DNA from: Patescibacteria group bacterium
Lineage (GTDB): Bacteria > Patescibacteriota > Patescibacteriia > UBA9934
Length of the DNA stretch: 64,000 nucleotides
Direction of reading: 5' to 3'
Assembly: GCA_041659765.1 (NCBI GenBank)
Contig: JBAZXR010000001.1
Location: 723,338-787,337 of the forward strand
Part shown: one piece after another, positions 38,959-48,718 of the stretch
Layout: each line of letters begins with the position of its first letter
Numbering within the stretch: the first letter of the stretch is position 1
Position numbers and translations under genes: made by a program
The notes under the pieces: model-generated
Seen by the model: only the letters and a program-made list of their open reading frames with translations
Databases searched by the model: none
What the model was told of the DNA's origin: nothing

Positions 38959-39408
38959 ATGGAGAAAACTGTCTATTTAGGAGCTGATCACGCGGGTTTT
39001 GCCCGAAAGGCCAGTGTGTTCGAGTATCTGAAGAACGAAGGACACATTGTTGAAGACCTCGGCGCCCACAAAAACGATCCAACTGACGATTATCCGGAAT
39101 ATGCGGCCAGGGTTGCGCAGGCCGTTCGCGAGCATCCCGGGTCGCTCGGCGTCCTCTCCTGCGGAAATGCAGAAGGCATTTGTATTGCGGCAAACAAATT
39201 CCAAGGAATCCGCGCCGGAGTGGGTTACTCGATCAAAGCTGCGGAAACCATGAGAACCGATGACGACGCGAACATCATCTGCGTTCCCGGACGACTCGAC
39301 GTGAACGACGATCCGCTCGAAATCGTTCACGCCTTCCTCTCGACGGACTTCTCGGGAGCAGAAAGACATAAGAGAAGAATCGAGGAAGTAGCAAAACTCG
39401 AAAAATAA
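38959..39408 (+). CDS. rpiB: Ribose-5-phosphate isomerase B
   Basis: RpiB/LacAB family: GADHAGF, SCGNAEGICIAANK, CVPGRL. Confidence 0.88.
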   Translation: MEKTVYLGADHAGFARKASVFEYLKNEGHIVEDLGAHKNDPTDDYPEYAARVAQAVREHPGSLGVLSCGNAEGICIAANKFQGIRAGVGYSIKAAETMRTDDDANIICVPGRLDVNDDPLEIVHAFLSTDFSGAERHKRRIEEVAKLEK

Positions 39409-39410
39409 CT

Positions 39411-40067
39411 ATGGAAATCACCCCTGCCGTGCTAGCCACTGACGAACGCGATTGTCATGACAAACTCTTTCATCCAGGTCTTCGACGAGTCGCCAAACGA
39501 TTCCACATCGACGTCCTAGACAACACGCTCGTACCGGGAACCTGTTGGGCTGATCCAAAAATTATTGGGTCATGGCCGAATCTGCCGGAAATTGAACTTC
39601 ACCTAATGGTTACCCACCCTTCTAGGCACGCTACTTTTTGGAAAACTAAAGTTCCTACCCTCAAAAACGTCATCATTCACGCAGAATCTATTAGTGATCC
39701 AGCTAGAACCTGCGAGAAAATGAATTTCATGGGTATGTCCGTAACCATTGCAGTTAATCCAGAAACCCAAGTTGAAACATTTGATAATATGAGAAGCTGC
39801 GCCGATGAGTTATTAATCATGGGTGTCCACCCCGGAGCATCTGGCCAAGAATTCCTGGAAGAAATTGTCCTCTCAAAAATCAAACGAGCTCGGGCACTCT
39901 TTCCTGACCTATCGATCGCGGTCGACGGCGGGGTGAACACTAAGAGTATTAGAGCTATCACTGAAGCAGGAGCCAGCCGAGCGATTGCGGCCTCAGCTTT
40001 GTGGGAATCCCACTCGCCGGAAGATGCACTTGAAGAGCTAGGCCACTGTGCTATTATGAATCCATAA
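39411..40067 (+). CDS. rpe: Ribulose-phosphate 3-epimerase
   Basis: FHIDVLDNTLVP, HLMV, AVDGGVN motifs of the Rpe TIM barrel. Confidence 0.8.
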   Translation: MEITPAVLATDERDCHDKLFHPGLRRVAKRFHIDVLDNTLVPGTCWADPKIIGSWPNLPEIELHLMVTHPSRHATFWKTKVPTLKNVIIHAESISDPARTCEKMNFMGMSVTIAVNPETQVETFDNMRSCADELLIMGVHPGASGQEFLEEIVLSKIKRARALFPDLSIAVDGGVNTKSIRAITEAGASRAIAASALWESHSPEDALEELGHCAIMNP

Positions 40068-40082
40068 CCCTTATATTTTCTT

Positions 40083-40880
40083 TTGGGTATGAAATTTACT
40101 CGAACCTTATTGGCAGCTGCGGTTATTGGCGCTTTTGGCGCTACGTCCTTTGGCCTGTCCCGCCAGCACGCTTTTGCGGTCAGCGTCTCCTCTGGAGATT
40201 TGATCCGCGGCCAAACATACGCGGCCGTGTACTATTTGGGCGCCGACGGTTTCCGCTATGTCTTCCCTAACTTCAAAACCTACAGCACTTGGTACGCCAA
40301 CTTTGATACCGTGAAGTACATTTCAGATGCTGAACTGGCTAAAATCCAGATTGGCGGCAATGTCACATATCGCCCAGGTGTAAAGATGGTCAAAATTGAC
40401 TCTGACCCAAGCGTGTATGCAGTTGATGCCGGCGGTACTCTCCGCCATGTAAACGGCGAAGCGGTAGCCTCGTCCCTGTATGGCGGCACTTGGAACAAAC
40501 AGATTGATGATATTCCAGACGGCTTCTTCGGCAACTACAAGAAAGGTGCTGATGTAAACGGTCTTTCAGATTTCACGCCTTCAGCTGTGACCACCGCTGC
40601 CGTCAGCATTAACGGAGATAAGCATCTCCAAGCACCTTCCACCATAAATCTAACGGATGCCGGTGTTTCGCCAATTGATGTTCACATCACGGTCGGCCAG
40701 AGCGTTCGTTTCACAAACACGGGTAGTACCAAGCACACCGCTACCGGAGATGACCTCACCTGGGGTACCGGTACCTTGAACGCCGGCGAAAGCTTCATCC
40801 AAACTTTTAAGAAGGCCGGAACGTTCACCTTCTTTGATAGTTACAATTCCCAGAACACTGGCGCGGTATACGTACAGTAA
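40083..40880 (+). CDS. Secreted protein with a C-terminal cupredoxin-like domain (hypothetical)
   Basis: Signal peptide. C-terminal VHITVGQSVRFTNTGSTKHTAT...GTFTFFD resembles a plastocyanin-like beta-sandwich. Confidence 0.45.
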   Translation: MGMKFTRTLLAAAVIGAFGATSFGLSRQHAFAVSVSSGDLIRGQTYAAVYYLGADGFRYVFPNFKTYSTWYANFDTVKYISDAELAKIQIGGNVTYRPGVKMVKIDSDPSVYAVDAGGTLRHVNGEAVASSLYGGTWNKQIDDIPDGFFGNYKKGADVNGLSDFTPSAVTTAAVSINGDKHLQAPSTINLTDAGVSPIDVHITVGQSVRFTNTGSTKHTATGDDLTWGTGTLNAGESFIQTFKKAGTFTFFDSYNSQNTGAVYVQ

Positions 40881-40895
40881 GAGAAAAGGTGATAG

Positions 40896-41849
40896 GTGGT
40901 AGGTGGTAGGTTCAAAAGATCGGGGCACAGGCTCCGGTCTTTTGTTATATACTACGAACAACTTATGCCAATCGTTCGACAAACAACAGTGCCACTGACA
41001 GATAATAAACTCCGCGAGCTTGAGCTCTTAGCGAACACCATCCGAGAAGATCTCCTAAAGATGCTGACCACAGCCGGGAGCGGACACTCGGCTGGACCGC
41101 TTGGCATGGCGGATATTTTTACGGCGCTGTACTTCCATGTCCTGCATCACAATCCGAAACTTCCGAACTGGGAGGATCGTGATAGATTGTTCCTGAGTAA
41201 CGGCCACATCGTTCCTATTCGCTACGCCACGATGGCTCATGCGGGATACTTCCCCAAGGCGGAGTTAGCAACGCTCAGAAAATTTGGCTCACGTCTTCAG
41301 GGGCATCCTGAGGTTCGTTTCTTGCCTGGTCTGGAAAATACATCTGGTCCGCTCGGCGATGGGTCTCCCCAATCGGCCGGTGCCGCCTACATTGCCAAGC
41401 TAGAAAACCGCCCCTGGCACACCTTCTGTATCATGAGCGATGGCGAGCTAGCCGCTGGAATTACCTGGGAAGCGGCCTTATTCGCAGGAAAAAACAAACT
41501 ACATAATCTTACCTGGATCATCGACAGAAACAACATCCAGATCGATGGCTATACTGAAGACATCATGCCGCTCGAGCGTCTGCGCGATAAGTTCGAAGCC
41601 TTCAATTTCACGGTCATAGAAATCGATGGACACAACATTAAAGAGTTCGTTGAAGCGACTGATCGAGCCAAAGCCACCTGGGAAACACCAACGGTAATCA
41701 TCGCTCACACCATCCCAGGCAAAGGCGTCAGCTACATGGAGTTTGAACCAAGCTGGCACGGTAAGACGCCCAAAGCTGGCGATGAACTAAAAAGCGCCCT
41801 GAAAGAATTACGAACCTTGGGCGGTACTATCAGGTCTGAGATGGAATAA
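40896..41849 (+). CDS. Transketolase, N-terminal (TPP-binding) subunit
   Basis: SGHSAGPLGMADIFTALY and GSLGQ-type motifs. Probable true start at 40965 (MPIVRQ). Confidence 0.88.
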   Translation: MVGGRFKRSGHRLRSFVIYYEQLMPIVRQTTVPLTDNKLRELELLANTIREDLLKMLTTAGSGHSAGPLGMADIFTALYFHVLHHNPKLPNWEDRDRLFLSNGHIVPIRYATMAHAGYFPKAELATLRKFGSRLQGHPEVRFLPGLENTSGPLGDGSPQSAGAAYIAKLENRPWHTFCIMSDGELAAGITWEAALFAGKNKLHNLTWIIDRNNIQIDGYTEDIMPLERLRDKFEAFNFTVIEIDGHNIKEFVEATDRAKATWETPTVIIAHTIPGKGVSYMEFEPSWHGKTPKAGDELKSALKELRTLGGTIRSEME

Positions 41850-41872
41850 CCTAAACCTAAAATACGCAACAT

Positions 41873-42859
41873 ATGGCCATCAAAAACACATCATCAGTAG
41901 GGTTCTGGTCGGTGATCATCGGCGGAGTGCTTCTCATAATTCTGTTGGGCAGTTTTTCTTGGTTCCAGACACGCGGACACATGTTTGGCGGAAATACTCT
42001 GCTCCTTCCGGGTACCACTCGCACTATGATGGGCGGCGTGACCGTTGGCTCTAGCGGCCAAGCGGTGTCTATTGGGGCACCCATGATGGACGCCTACTAC
42101 GGCACAAAATCCGCCAGCGAATCAGCCTTCATCTCGCCCATGCCGCCTGTGTATTACAACGGCGGTGACACGGCCGCTACCGCCACGCCGCGGATTATAA
42201 AAAATGCCTCACTGACGCTTGAGGTGAAGTCATCACGTGAAAGCGCCACCATGGTTGCGAATATAGCCAAGCTAAATGATGGCTTTGTCGAATCATCAAA
42301 CGTGGTCGAGAACCAAGACGGTACGGTCTCCGCCTACGTCACTATCCGAGTTCCGGAAAACAAATTCGACGACACTATTTCTTCGCTCACTGGCCTGGCT
42401 CTCCGCGTGACCACGCAAACGGTCAATGGCCAGGATGTTACCGAACAATATACAGACCTGGAAGCCCGCCTCAAATCAGCCAAAGCGGTTGAGGAACAGT
42501 ATTTAGAAATCCTGAAGAAAGCTACAAAGATTGAAGATATTCTCTCTGTTACCGAACGCTTAAACCAGATCCGATACGAAATTGATTCAGTAGCCGGACA
42601 AATTAAATACCTCGGCAACCAAACCACTTATTCAACTATCTCGGTTAATCTCACCGAACAAGCAAATCTTAACATTCCAGCCGGAAAATTTGATCTTGGC
42701 CGTGACTTCAAGCAAGCCGGGCAAGCAGTCATTCTGCTAGCCGAGGCCTTCCTAACCTTTGCCATCTGGTTCGTGATTATCGGTGGCGCGCTCGCTATTC
42801 CTTCGGCGGTTATTATCTTCCTGGCGTACAAGCTGATCAAAAAATTGATCCGATCGTGA
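41873..42859 (+). CDS. DUF4349-like membrane protein
   Basis: N-terminal TM. Central region YVTIRVPENKFDDTISSLTGL plus a coiled-coil. C-terminal TM pair. Confidence 0.5.
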   Translation: MAIKNTSSVGFWSVIIGGVLLIILLGSFSWFQTRGHMFGGNTLLLPGTTRTMMGGVTVGSSGQAVSIGAPMMDAYYGTKSASESAFISPMPPVYYNGGDTAATATPRIIKNASLTLEVKSSRESATMVANIAKLNDGFVESSNVVENQDGTVSAYVTIRVPENKFDDTISSLTGLALRVTTQTVNGQDVTEQYTDLEARLKSAKAVEEQYLEILKKATKIEDILSVTERLNQIRYEIDSVAGQIKYLGNQTTYSTISVNLTEQANLNIPAGKFDLGRDFKQAGQAVILLAEAFLTFAIWFVIIGGALAIPSAVIIFLAYKLIKKLIRS

Positions 42860-42860
42860 T

Positions 42861-43871
42861 ATGGCAATCGCCAAATCAGCCAACCTGACCAAAAAGTTAT
42901 TCGACACTGACATCCAGCAAGCCCCCACGCGTGATGGGTTCGGAGAAGGTTTGGTAATAGCTGGCAAAGCAAGTCCGGATGTCATGGTGCTCTGCGCTGA
43001 TTTAACCGAGTCAACCCGAGCTCAATCTTTCAAATTAGCCTTCCCAGACAGATTTGTACAAATGGGGGTTAGCGAGCAATCCCTCGCCGCCATCGCCGCC
43101 GGCATGGCACTCGCCGGCAAGATTCCATTCATCTGTAGCTATGCCTGTTTCTCTCCGGGCCGCAATTGGGAGCAGGTGCGTACCACCATTTGCCTTCAGG
43201 AAACAAATGTAAAAATCGCCGGCGCACACGCGGGCGTATCAGTTGGCCCTGATGGAGCAACACACCAAATGGTTGAGGATATTGCCATCATGCGCGTCCT
43301 ACCGAACATGACCGTGCTCGTCCCATGCGATGCGCTTGAAACACGCAAAGCAATTGTGGCCGCAGCCGAACACGAAGGACCGGTCTATATCCGCTTTGCT
43401 CGTGAAAAAACACCGGTGTTCACCACCGAAAAAACTCCTTTCAAGATTGGAAAGGCAGAGGTTTACCGAACCGGCAAGGACGTTGCCATTCTGGCCTGCG
43501 GTCCCCTATTGTATGAAGCTCTCCTGGCCGCAAAAGAACTTGAGACCAGAGGAATCGAAGCTCGGGTCATCAACCTGGTCAGCATCAAACCAATGGACGA
43601 AGCGACAGTCATCGCCGCGGCTCGGGAATGCGGCGCCGTAGTCACCGTTGAAGAGGCTCAAGCCGCCGGCGGCCTTGGCGGGGCGGTCTGCGAGCTCCTC
43701 GCAAAGACTGTCCCTGTCCCCGTTGAACGCGTGGGCATGGAAGACACCTTCGGCCAGTCCGGGGAACCGCGAGAATTGCTCGAACATTACAAACTGACTG
43801 CACCCTGGATTGCCAAGGCTGTGCATCGAGTGATGAAGTTGAAAAAACATTCCATCTCTTCCAAAAAATAA
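42861..43871 (+). CDS. Transketolase, C-terminal (pyrimidine-binding) subunit
   Basis: Transket_pyr and C-terminal domain motifs (GVSEQSLAAIAAGMAL, GPDGATHQ). Confidence 0.88.
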   Translation: MAIAKSANLTKKLFDTDIQQAPTRDGFGEGLVIAGKASPDVMVLCADLTESTRAQSFKLAFPDRFVQMGVSEQSLAAIAAGMALAGKIPFICSYACFSPGRNWEQVRTTICLQETNVKIAGAHAGVSVGPDGATHQMVEDIAIMRVLPNMTVLVPCDALETRKAIVAAAEHEGPVYIRFAREKTPVFTTEKTPFKIGKAEVYRTGKDVAILACGPLLYEALLAAKELETRGIEARVINLVSIKPMDEATVIAAARECGAVVTVEEAQAAGGLGGAVCELLAKTVPVPVERVGMEDTFGQSGEPRELLEHYKLTAPWIAKAVHRVMKLKKHSISSKK

Positions 43872-43937
43872 AATACAGCTCGGAGAAAAATTTGGGAGGT
43901 AACCCGACCCAATTTTCGAAGAGCTGTATTTTATTTC

Positions 43938-44408
43938 CTACAATTTGGCTACCCAAACCGGCGTGTTCAGGTACCAAGCTCCGTCCGTACCAAGCAAATA
44001 GTCAGCAAATAACTCACCCTCATAACTATATAAAGTAACCTTCTTCTTATCTGCCGAGGTCACTGTCTTCGACCAATCAATACTCGGCACGTTCATGATG
44101 TAATCGCTCATCTGCTTGCAGGCGTCCGCGGTAAACGAAGGTTGAAGCGCTGGCATCAGATAGAGTTTGGCTTCGTCGCAGTTTTTGTTGTCTGCAATGG
44201 CGAGCACAAAACCGGCCCATACTCCCTGCACCGAAATATCTGGGTTATCACCAGGATAGGCTGGTTGAGGGCCTAGTTTGGCCGGAATTTGGGCCACCGG
44301 CACGTAGGGCGAGCCGTCGCTATTTCGCGTTAAATCACCGCTGTCCGAGCCGGAACAACCAGCGCCCAATAACAGAACTGCCGACAAACCAAGGAGAAGC
44401 TTCTTCAT
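43938..44408 (-). CDS. Lipoprotein (hypothetical)
   Basis: MKKLLLGLSAVLLLGAGCSG lipobox. The ORF-track start at 44627 is upstream of it. Confidence 0.5.
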   Translation of the reverse strand: MKKLLLGLSAVLLLGAGCSGSDSGDLTRNSDGSPYVPVAQIPAKLGPQPAYPGDNPDISVQGVWAGFVLAIADNKNCDEAKLYLMPALQPSFTADACKQMSDYIMNVPSIDWSKTVTSADKKKVTLYSYEGELFADYLLGTDGAWYLNTPVWVAKL

Positions 44409-44448
44409 ATGGGCAAATTGTACACTACGTGCTACGATCGGCGTTAAT

Positions 44449-45168
44449 ATGCCCGTCAGACTAAATAAGTTCATGGTTGAACAAGGTGTTTGCTCGCGTC
44501 GAGAAGCTGACCGGCTAATCGAGGCTGGGAAAATCACCATTGATGGCAGAAAGGCGGTCATGGGCGAAAAGGTGGAGGGCACCGAAGAAATTGTCGTTGA
44601 CGGCAAGAAAGTAGACACCTCGCCCAAAGAAAAGGTGTACCTAGCCTATAACAAACCGGTCGGTATTATTTGTACGGCTGACCCGGAAGCACAGGATAAT
44701 ATTGTCGAAGCCGTCCATTACCCGGAACGAATTTTCCATATCGGTCGACTCGACGTAGCCTCTTCTGGCCTTATTTTATTGACCAATGACGGCTCGATCG
44801 TCAATAAAATTCTTCGCGCAGAAGGTGAACACGAAAAAGAATACATCGTGACGGTAGACAAAAAAATAACCCCCGATTTCATCCAAAAGATGAAAAAGGG
44901 CGTCCAGCTTGAGGATGGCCGCACACTCCCAGCAAAACTTGATGAACGAACCGAAAATACTTTCGCCATTACTATCGTCGAAGGCAGAAACCGACAAATT
45001 CGCCGTATGTGCGAAGCGCTCGGCTATCAAGTCATTGGCTTAACCCGTGTGCGCATCATGCACATCAAACTAGGCGATCTTCAGGTTGGCGAATGGAGAC
45101 ATCTGACCCGCGAAGAAGAAACGATCCTCTGGAAAGGGCTTGAGGAGATTGGCCAAGACCAGAAGTAG
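44449..45168 (+). CDS. RsuA/RluB-family rRNA pseudouridine synthase
   Basis: S4 domain at the N-terminus. Catalytic GRLDVASSGLILLTNDG. Confidence 0.85.
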   Translation: MPVRLNKFMVEQGVCSRREADRLIEAGKITIDGRKAVMGEKVEGTEEIVVDGKKVDTSPKEKVYLAYNKPVGIICTADPEAQDNIVEAVHYPERIFHIGRLDVASSGLILLTNDGSIVNKILRAEGEHEKEYIVTVDKKITPDFIQKMKKGVQLEDGRTLPAKLDERTENTFAITIVEGRNRQIRRMCEALGYQVIGLTRVRIMHIKLGDLQVGEWRHLTREEETILWKGLEEIGQDQK

Positions 45169-45706
45169 TATGTGGCTCCTGCAAATAATAGTGCTCGCTA
45201 TTGTTATCTCCGCGGCTATTGCTGGCGTTTCTGCAGCCCCTTGGTTGCCGACAAAGCCGAGAGATCGGGCCCATTTGCTTAACCACCTCAAGCTCACACC
45301 AGGACAAAAAGTAGTGGACCTCGGCTGCGGGGATGGTTCCATGCTCTTCGCAGTAGCTAGAAAGTTCCCGGAAGTCGTGTGCGTTGGCTATGACATTTCC
45401 TTGCTCCCCCTCTTCTTTGGCTGGGCACGTAAACTTCTCTATTTTAAGAAATACCGCCACGTGCATATTCGTTTTGGTAATCTTTTCAAGCAATCCGTGG
45501 AAGATGCAGACCTGGTATTTATCTTCTTACTGTCTAAGAGCTATCCAAAACTGGTCGAGCTTCTCAAACGTGACATAAAAGATGAGGCCCAAGTAGTTGT
45601 CGAAGCTTGGCCATTTCCTAACACCACGCCCCTTAAAACTCTCAAAGAAGACAAACTGTTATCCATTTTTCTCTATACCGGGAAGTCCCTGCGTCATGTA
45701 GAATAG
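45140..45706 (+). CDS. Class I SAM-dependent methyltransferase
   Basis: VVDLGCGDGSM motif I. Likely start at the internal Met (45170). Confidence 0.65.
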   Translation: MRRLAKTRSSMWLLQIIVLAIVISAAIAGVSAAPWLPTKPRDRAHLLNHLKLTPGQKVVDLGCGDGSMLFAVARKFPEVVCVGYDISLLPLFFGWARKLLYFKKYRHVHIRFGNLFKQSVEDADLVFIFLLSKSYPKLVELLKRDIKDEAQVVVEAWPFPNTTPLKTLKEDKLLSIFLYTGKSLRHVE

Positions 45707-45712
45707 GGGTAT

Positions 45713-46681
45713 ATGCTAGATTTGATCTCGGTTGGCGATGTGAAGCTTGATACGTTTATTGTCATCCATGATGCCAGCGTGAAGTGCGAGCTAAAAATGC
45801 CGGACTGTAAACTTTGTCTGGCATACGGCGAAAAGATTCCGGTCGAAGCCTTTGTCACCCAGATTGCGGGCAGCGCTCCGAATGTGGCTGTAGGGGCGGC
45901 CAGGATGGGTTTATCCACCAGCGTCTTGAGCCACATGGGTGAAGACGACGTATACAACCAGGCGCTACATTTCCTTTCGAAAAATAAGGTCGACTCCTCG
46001 AACATTAAAACCAAAAAAAATATCCGCTCAAGTGCGGCCGTAGTACTCAACTTTAAAGGTGAGTCAACTCAGCTCGTGGACTTCGTGCCACAGGAATATC
46101 ACTTGCCAGCTAAGATTTTAGCCACTAATTTTCTACATATTTGCGAGGTGGGAGATGGCTATGAGCATCTTTATAAAGATGCCGTTCTTCAGGCCAAAAA
46201 AGGAATCCGCATCAGTTTGAATCCTGGAGCTATCCAGATTAAAGAGAAAAAACGCGAACTTTTTGATCTCCTCGCGACCTGCGAAGTATTGTTCGTCAAT
46301 CAGAGCGAAGCCCGTGTTCTCTTAGAAAAAGAGGGTGATACCATCCACGGTATTATGGCTATGCTGAAAGCTCTTGGACCAAAATACGTCGTTGTCACAG
46401 ACGGCCCGCAGGGCGCATATGCATTTGACGGCAAGCAGCTGAACGTAGTCCCAGCCTTTCCTGGAACCATGAAGGAAGCAACTGGCGCTGGCGATGCCTT
46501 TGCAACCGGATTCCTAGGTGCGCTCATCAAAGGAAAAACGCATCGCGAGGCTCTCCGCTGGGGGTCGGTTAACTCGGCCTCCGTCATTGAACATGTTGGT
46601 CCTACCCTTGGCCTACTCACGCATACGGAAATCGCTAAACGCCTAAGAGCGCATCCAAGCTTTCAAACTAAAGAGTTGTAG
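45713..46681 (+). CDS. PfkB-family carbohydrate/nucleoside kinase
   Basis: Ribokinase-like fold with GAGDAFATGF near the C-terminus. Confidence 0.8.
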   Translation: MLDLISVGDVKLDTFIVIHDASVKCELKMPDCKLCLAYGEKIPVEAFVTQIAGSAPNVAVGAARMGLSTSVLSHMGEDDVYNQALHFLSKNKVDSSNIKTKKNIRSSAAVVLNFKGESTQLVDFVPQEYHLPAKILATNFLHICEVGDGYEHLYKDAVLQAKKGIRISLNPGAIQIKEKKRELFDLLATCEVLFVNQSEARVLLEKEGDTIHGIMAMLKALGPKYVVVTDGPQGAYAFDGKQLNVVPAFPGTMKEATGAGDAFATGFLGALIKGKTHREALRWGSVNSASVIEHVGPTLGLLTHTEIAKRLRAHPSFQTKEL

Positions 46682-46687
46682 AGTGAT

Positions 46688-47518
46688 ATGCATTTCCCCC
46701 TCTTCATCTTGCCGTTTGATCACCGCTCGGGATTTGCGAAGGAAATTTTCGGCAAGCCATATCCGCTCAAGGGTAAGGACATCGTTACGGCGAAGGCATT
46801 AAAGACGGTCGTCTGGGAGGCCGTGCAATTGGCTTTTGATGAAGCGAGTGAAGCAGGGACGCCAGGCGTTTTGGTTGACGAAGAACTTGGGGCGCAAGTT
46901 ATTTCAGAGGCTAAAGCAAAAGGTATCGTTCATATAGTTTCAACGGAAAAGAGCGGCTCGACCCTAGAATTTATTCATGGGGATGAGTTCGACAAAGCTC
47001 TGCTCGAGGTAAAGCCAACGTATGCAAAAGTGTTAATTCGCTACAACGTGGGCGAAGAAACAGTAAACGAACCACAGCGCGAAAAACTGCAGCGTCTGTC
47101 AGACTTTTGTCGGCAAAGCGGCATCCCCCTCATGCTCGAAGTCCTGACAAAGGCAACGCCGATAGACCCCGATCCTGTTATTGCCGCAGTCAAAGAACTT
47201 TTGAAACATAAAATTGTTCCGGCTATTTGGAAACTGGAAGGATTCTCGTCCGTCGAGTCCTGGCACAAGCTCGCAGAGGCAACAAGCATCCCCGTGATCA
47301 TGCTTGGCCGAGGAGAATCCGCGAGCGCGGTTGAATCATGGACAAAGGCAGCTGCACAAAGCGGTGTAGTCAGCGGATTTGCCATTGGCCGAACCATCTT
47401 CCTAGACGCACTCAAGAAATATCACAACGAAGAATGTTCCCGGGAAGATGCAGTCAAGGAAATCGCCAAAAACTATCTTCATTTCATTGATGTTTGGAAA
47501 CGGAATGCCGCGGTGTAG
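46688..47518 (+). CDS. DUF2090-like protein (aldolase-like TIM barrel?), hypothetical
   Basis: Sits between two PfkB kinases, reminiscent of IolC-DUF2090 arrangements. Assignment is from memory of genomic context, not from a motif. Confidence 0.35.
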   Translation: MHFPLFILPFDHRSGFAKEIFGKPYPLKGKDIVTAKALKTVVWEAVQLAFDEASEAGTPGVLVDEELGAQVISEAKAKGIVHIVSTEKSGSTLEFIHGDEFDKALLEVKPTYAKVLIRYNVGEETVNEPQREKLQRLSDFCRQSGIPLMLEVLTKATPIDPDPVIAAVKELLKHKIVPAIWKLEGFSSVESWHKLAEATSIPVIMLGRGESASAVESWTKAAAQSGVVSGFAIGRTIFLDALKKYHNEECSREDAVKEIAKNYLHFIDVWKRNAAV

Positions 47519-48504
47519 AATGGGAGCATATGTACGACATCATTACGATCGGCTCTGCAGTTCGGGATGTTTTTTTACTATCCAAATCGTTCCAACTCAT
47601 CAAATCCGATAAATTTTCCACCGGAGTCGGTGAATGTGTTGCGCTTGGAGAGAAAATCGACGTCGAACAGCTCGTACTATCAACTGGGGGCGGGGCTACC
47701 AATGCTGCCGTGACCTTCGCTAATCTTGGATTTTTGACGGCTATTGTTTCTCGAGTAGGGCTAGACGAACCCGGCGACGATGTATTGCGCGATCTGGCAC
47801 GCTATAAAGTCGACACGAGCCTGGTAAAGCGCATCAAAGGCGGTCAGACGGCCTACAGCACGCTTTTAACAGCCCCTAACGGCGAACGAACCGCCCTGGT
47901 GCACCGTGGCGTATCGTCCGAGTTTGCCTTGGCCGATGTCCCGTTCAAAACTCTCGCCACAAAGTGGTATTACGTGTCTTCCCTGTCCGGAAACGTCGCA
48001 TTGCTTGCAAAAATCATCAGCCATGCCCAAAAAACAGGCGCGAAAATTGCCGTGAACCCCGGCGGCGGTGAGCTTCTCAAAGCTTCTGAGCTTAGAGCGC
48101 TCTTGAAAGACGTTGATGTACTCCTCGTGAACCTAGAAGAAGCGCAGAAGCTCACCGGACTATCGACGAAAGACGGAAAAGAGTTAGCCGCAAAGTTATC
48201 GAGTGAAACCACGCTGGCGGTCGTCACCGACGGACCTCGAGGGGCCTACGCATCCTTCAGTAAAGTTCGGTACTCCGCGCGCAACCGCAATGTCCCATCA
48301 ATCTCGCGCACCGGCGCAGGCGACGCTTTCGGCTCCGGAGTAGTCGCGGCACTCGCTAAAGGCATGTCGGTCGAAGACGCGCTCAAAGTCGGCACGCTGA
48401 ACGCGGAAAGCGTCATTCAGCACATTGGCGCAAAGGCCGGCATCATGGCCAAGTGGCCAAACAAGAAACTTCTAGACGAAATCCGTGTTTTCGTTTCAAA
48501 ATAG
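47494..48504 (+). CDS. PfkB-family carbohydrate kinase
   Basis: GGGATN N-terminal motif and a C-terminal GAGDAFGSG. Confidence 0.8.
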   Translation: METECRGVEWEHMYDIITIGSAVRDVFLLSKSFQLIKSDKFSTGVGECVALGEKIDVEQLVLSTGGGATNAAVTFANLGFLTAIVSRVGLDEPGDDVLRDLARYKVDTSLVKRIKGGQTAYSTLLTAPNGERTALVHRGVSSEFALADVPFKTLATKWYYVSSLSGNVALLAKIISHAQKTGAKIAVNPGGGELLKASELRALLKDVDVLLVNLEEAQKLTGLSTKDGKELAAKLSSETTLAVVTDGPRGAYASFSKVRYSARNRNVPSISRTGAGDAFGSGVVAALAKGMSVEDALKVGTLNAESVIQHIGAKAGIMAKWPNKKLLDEIRVFVSK

Positions 48505-48520
48505 CGTATACTTTAGGTAT

Positions 48521-48688
48521 ATGGCAGAACAAAATAAACGCAAAGGCTGGGCAATAATGTTTTTGCTGTGGAATTTAGGTTTACTTATTGCCGTCATTGT
48601 CCTACTCGTGCAGCTCTATCAGACCAGAGTTGATACGAAAACTATAGCTAAAGCTTGTGCCGAAGCGGCAGTCGCCGCCATAAAGTAA
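48521..48688 (+). CDS. Hypothetical small membrane protein
   Basis: TM helix plus a TIAKACAEAAVAAIK tail paralogous to the N-terminus of the next gene. Confidence 0.3.
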   Translation: MAEQNKRKGWAIMFLLWNLGLLIAVIVLLVQLYQTRVDTKTIAKACAEAAVAAIK

Positions 48689-48718
48689 GGGTTTGGCGTC
48701 GCCAAACCCATACACCAT

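Noticed and set aside
40896-40964. N-terminal extension of transketolase (MVGGRFKRSGHRL...)
   Set aside because: The conserved transketolase sequence begins at the internal Met (40965). The extension lies in the intergenic/terminator region.
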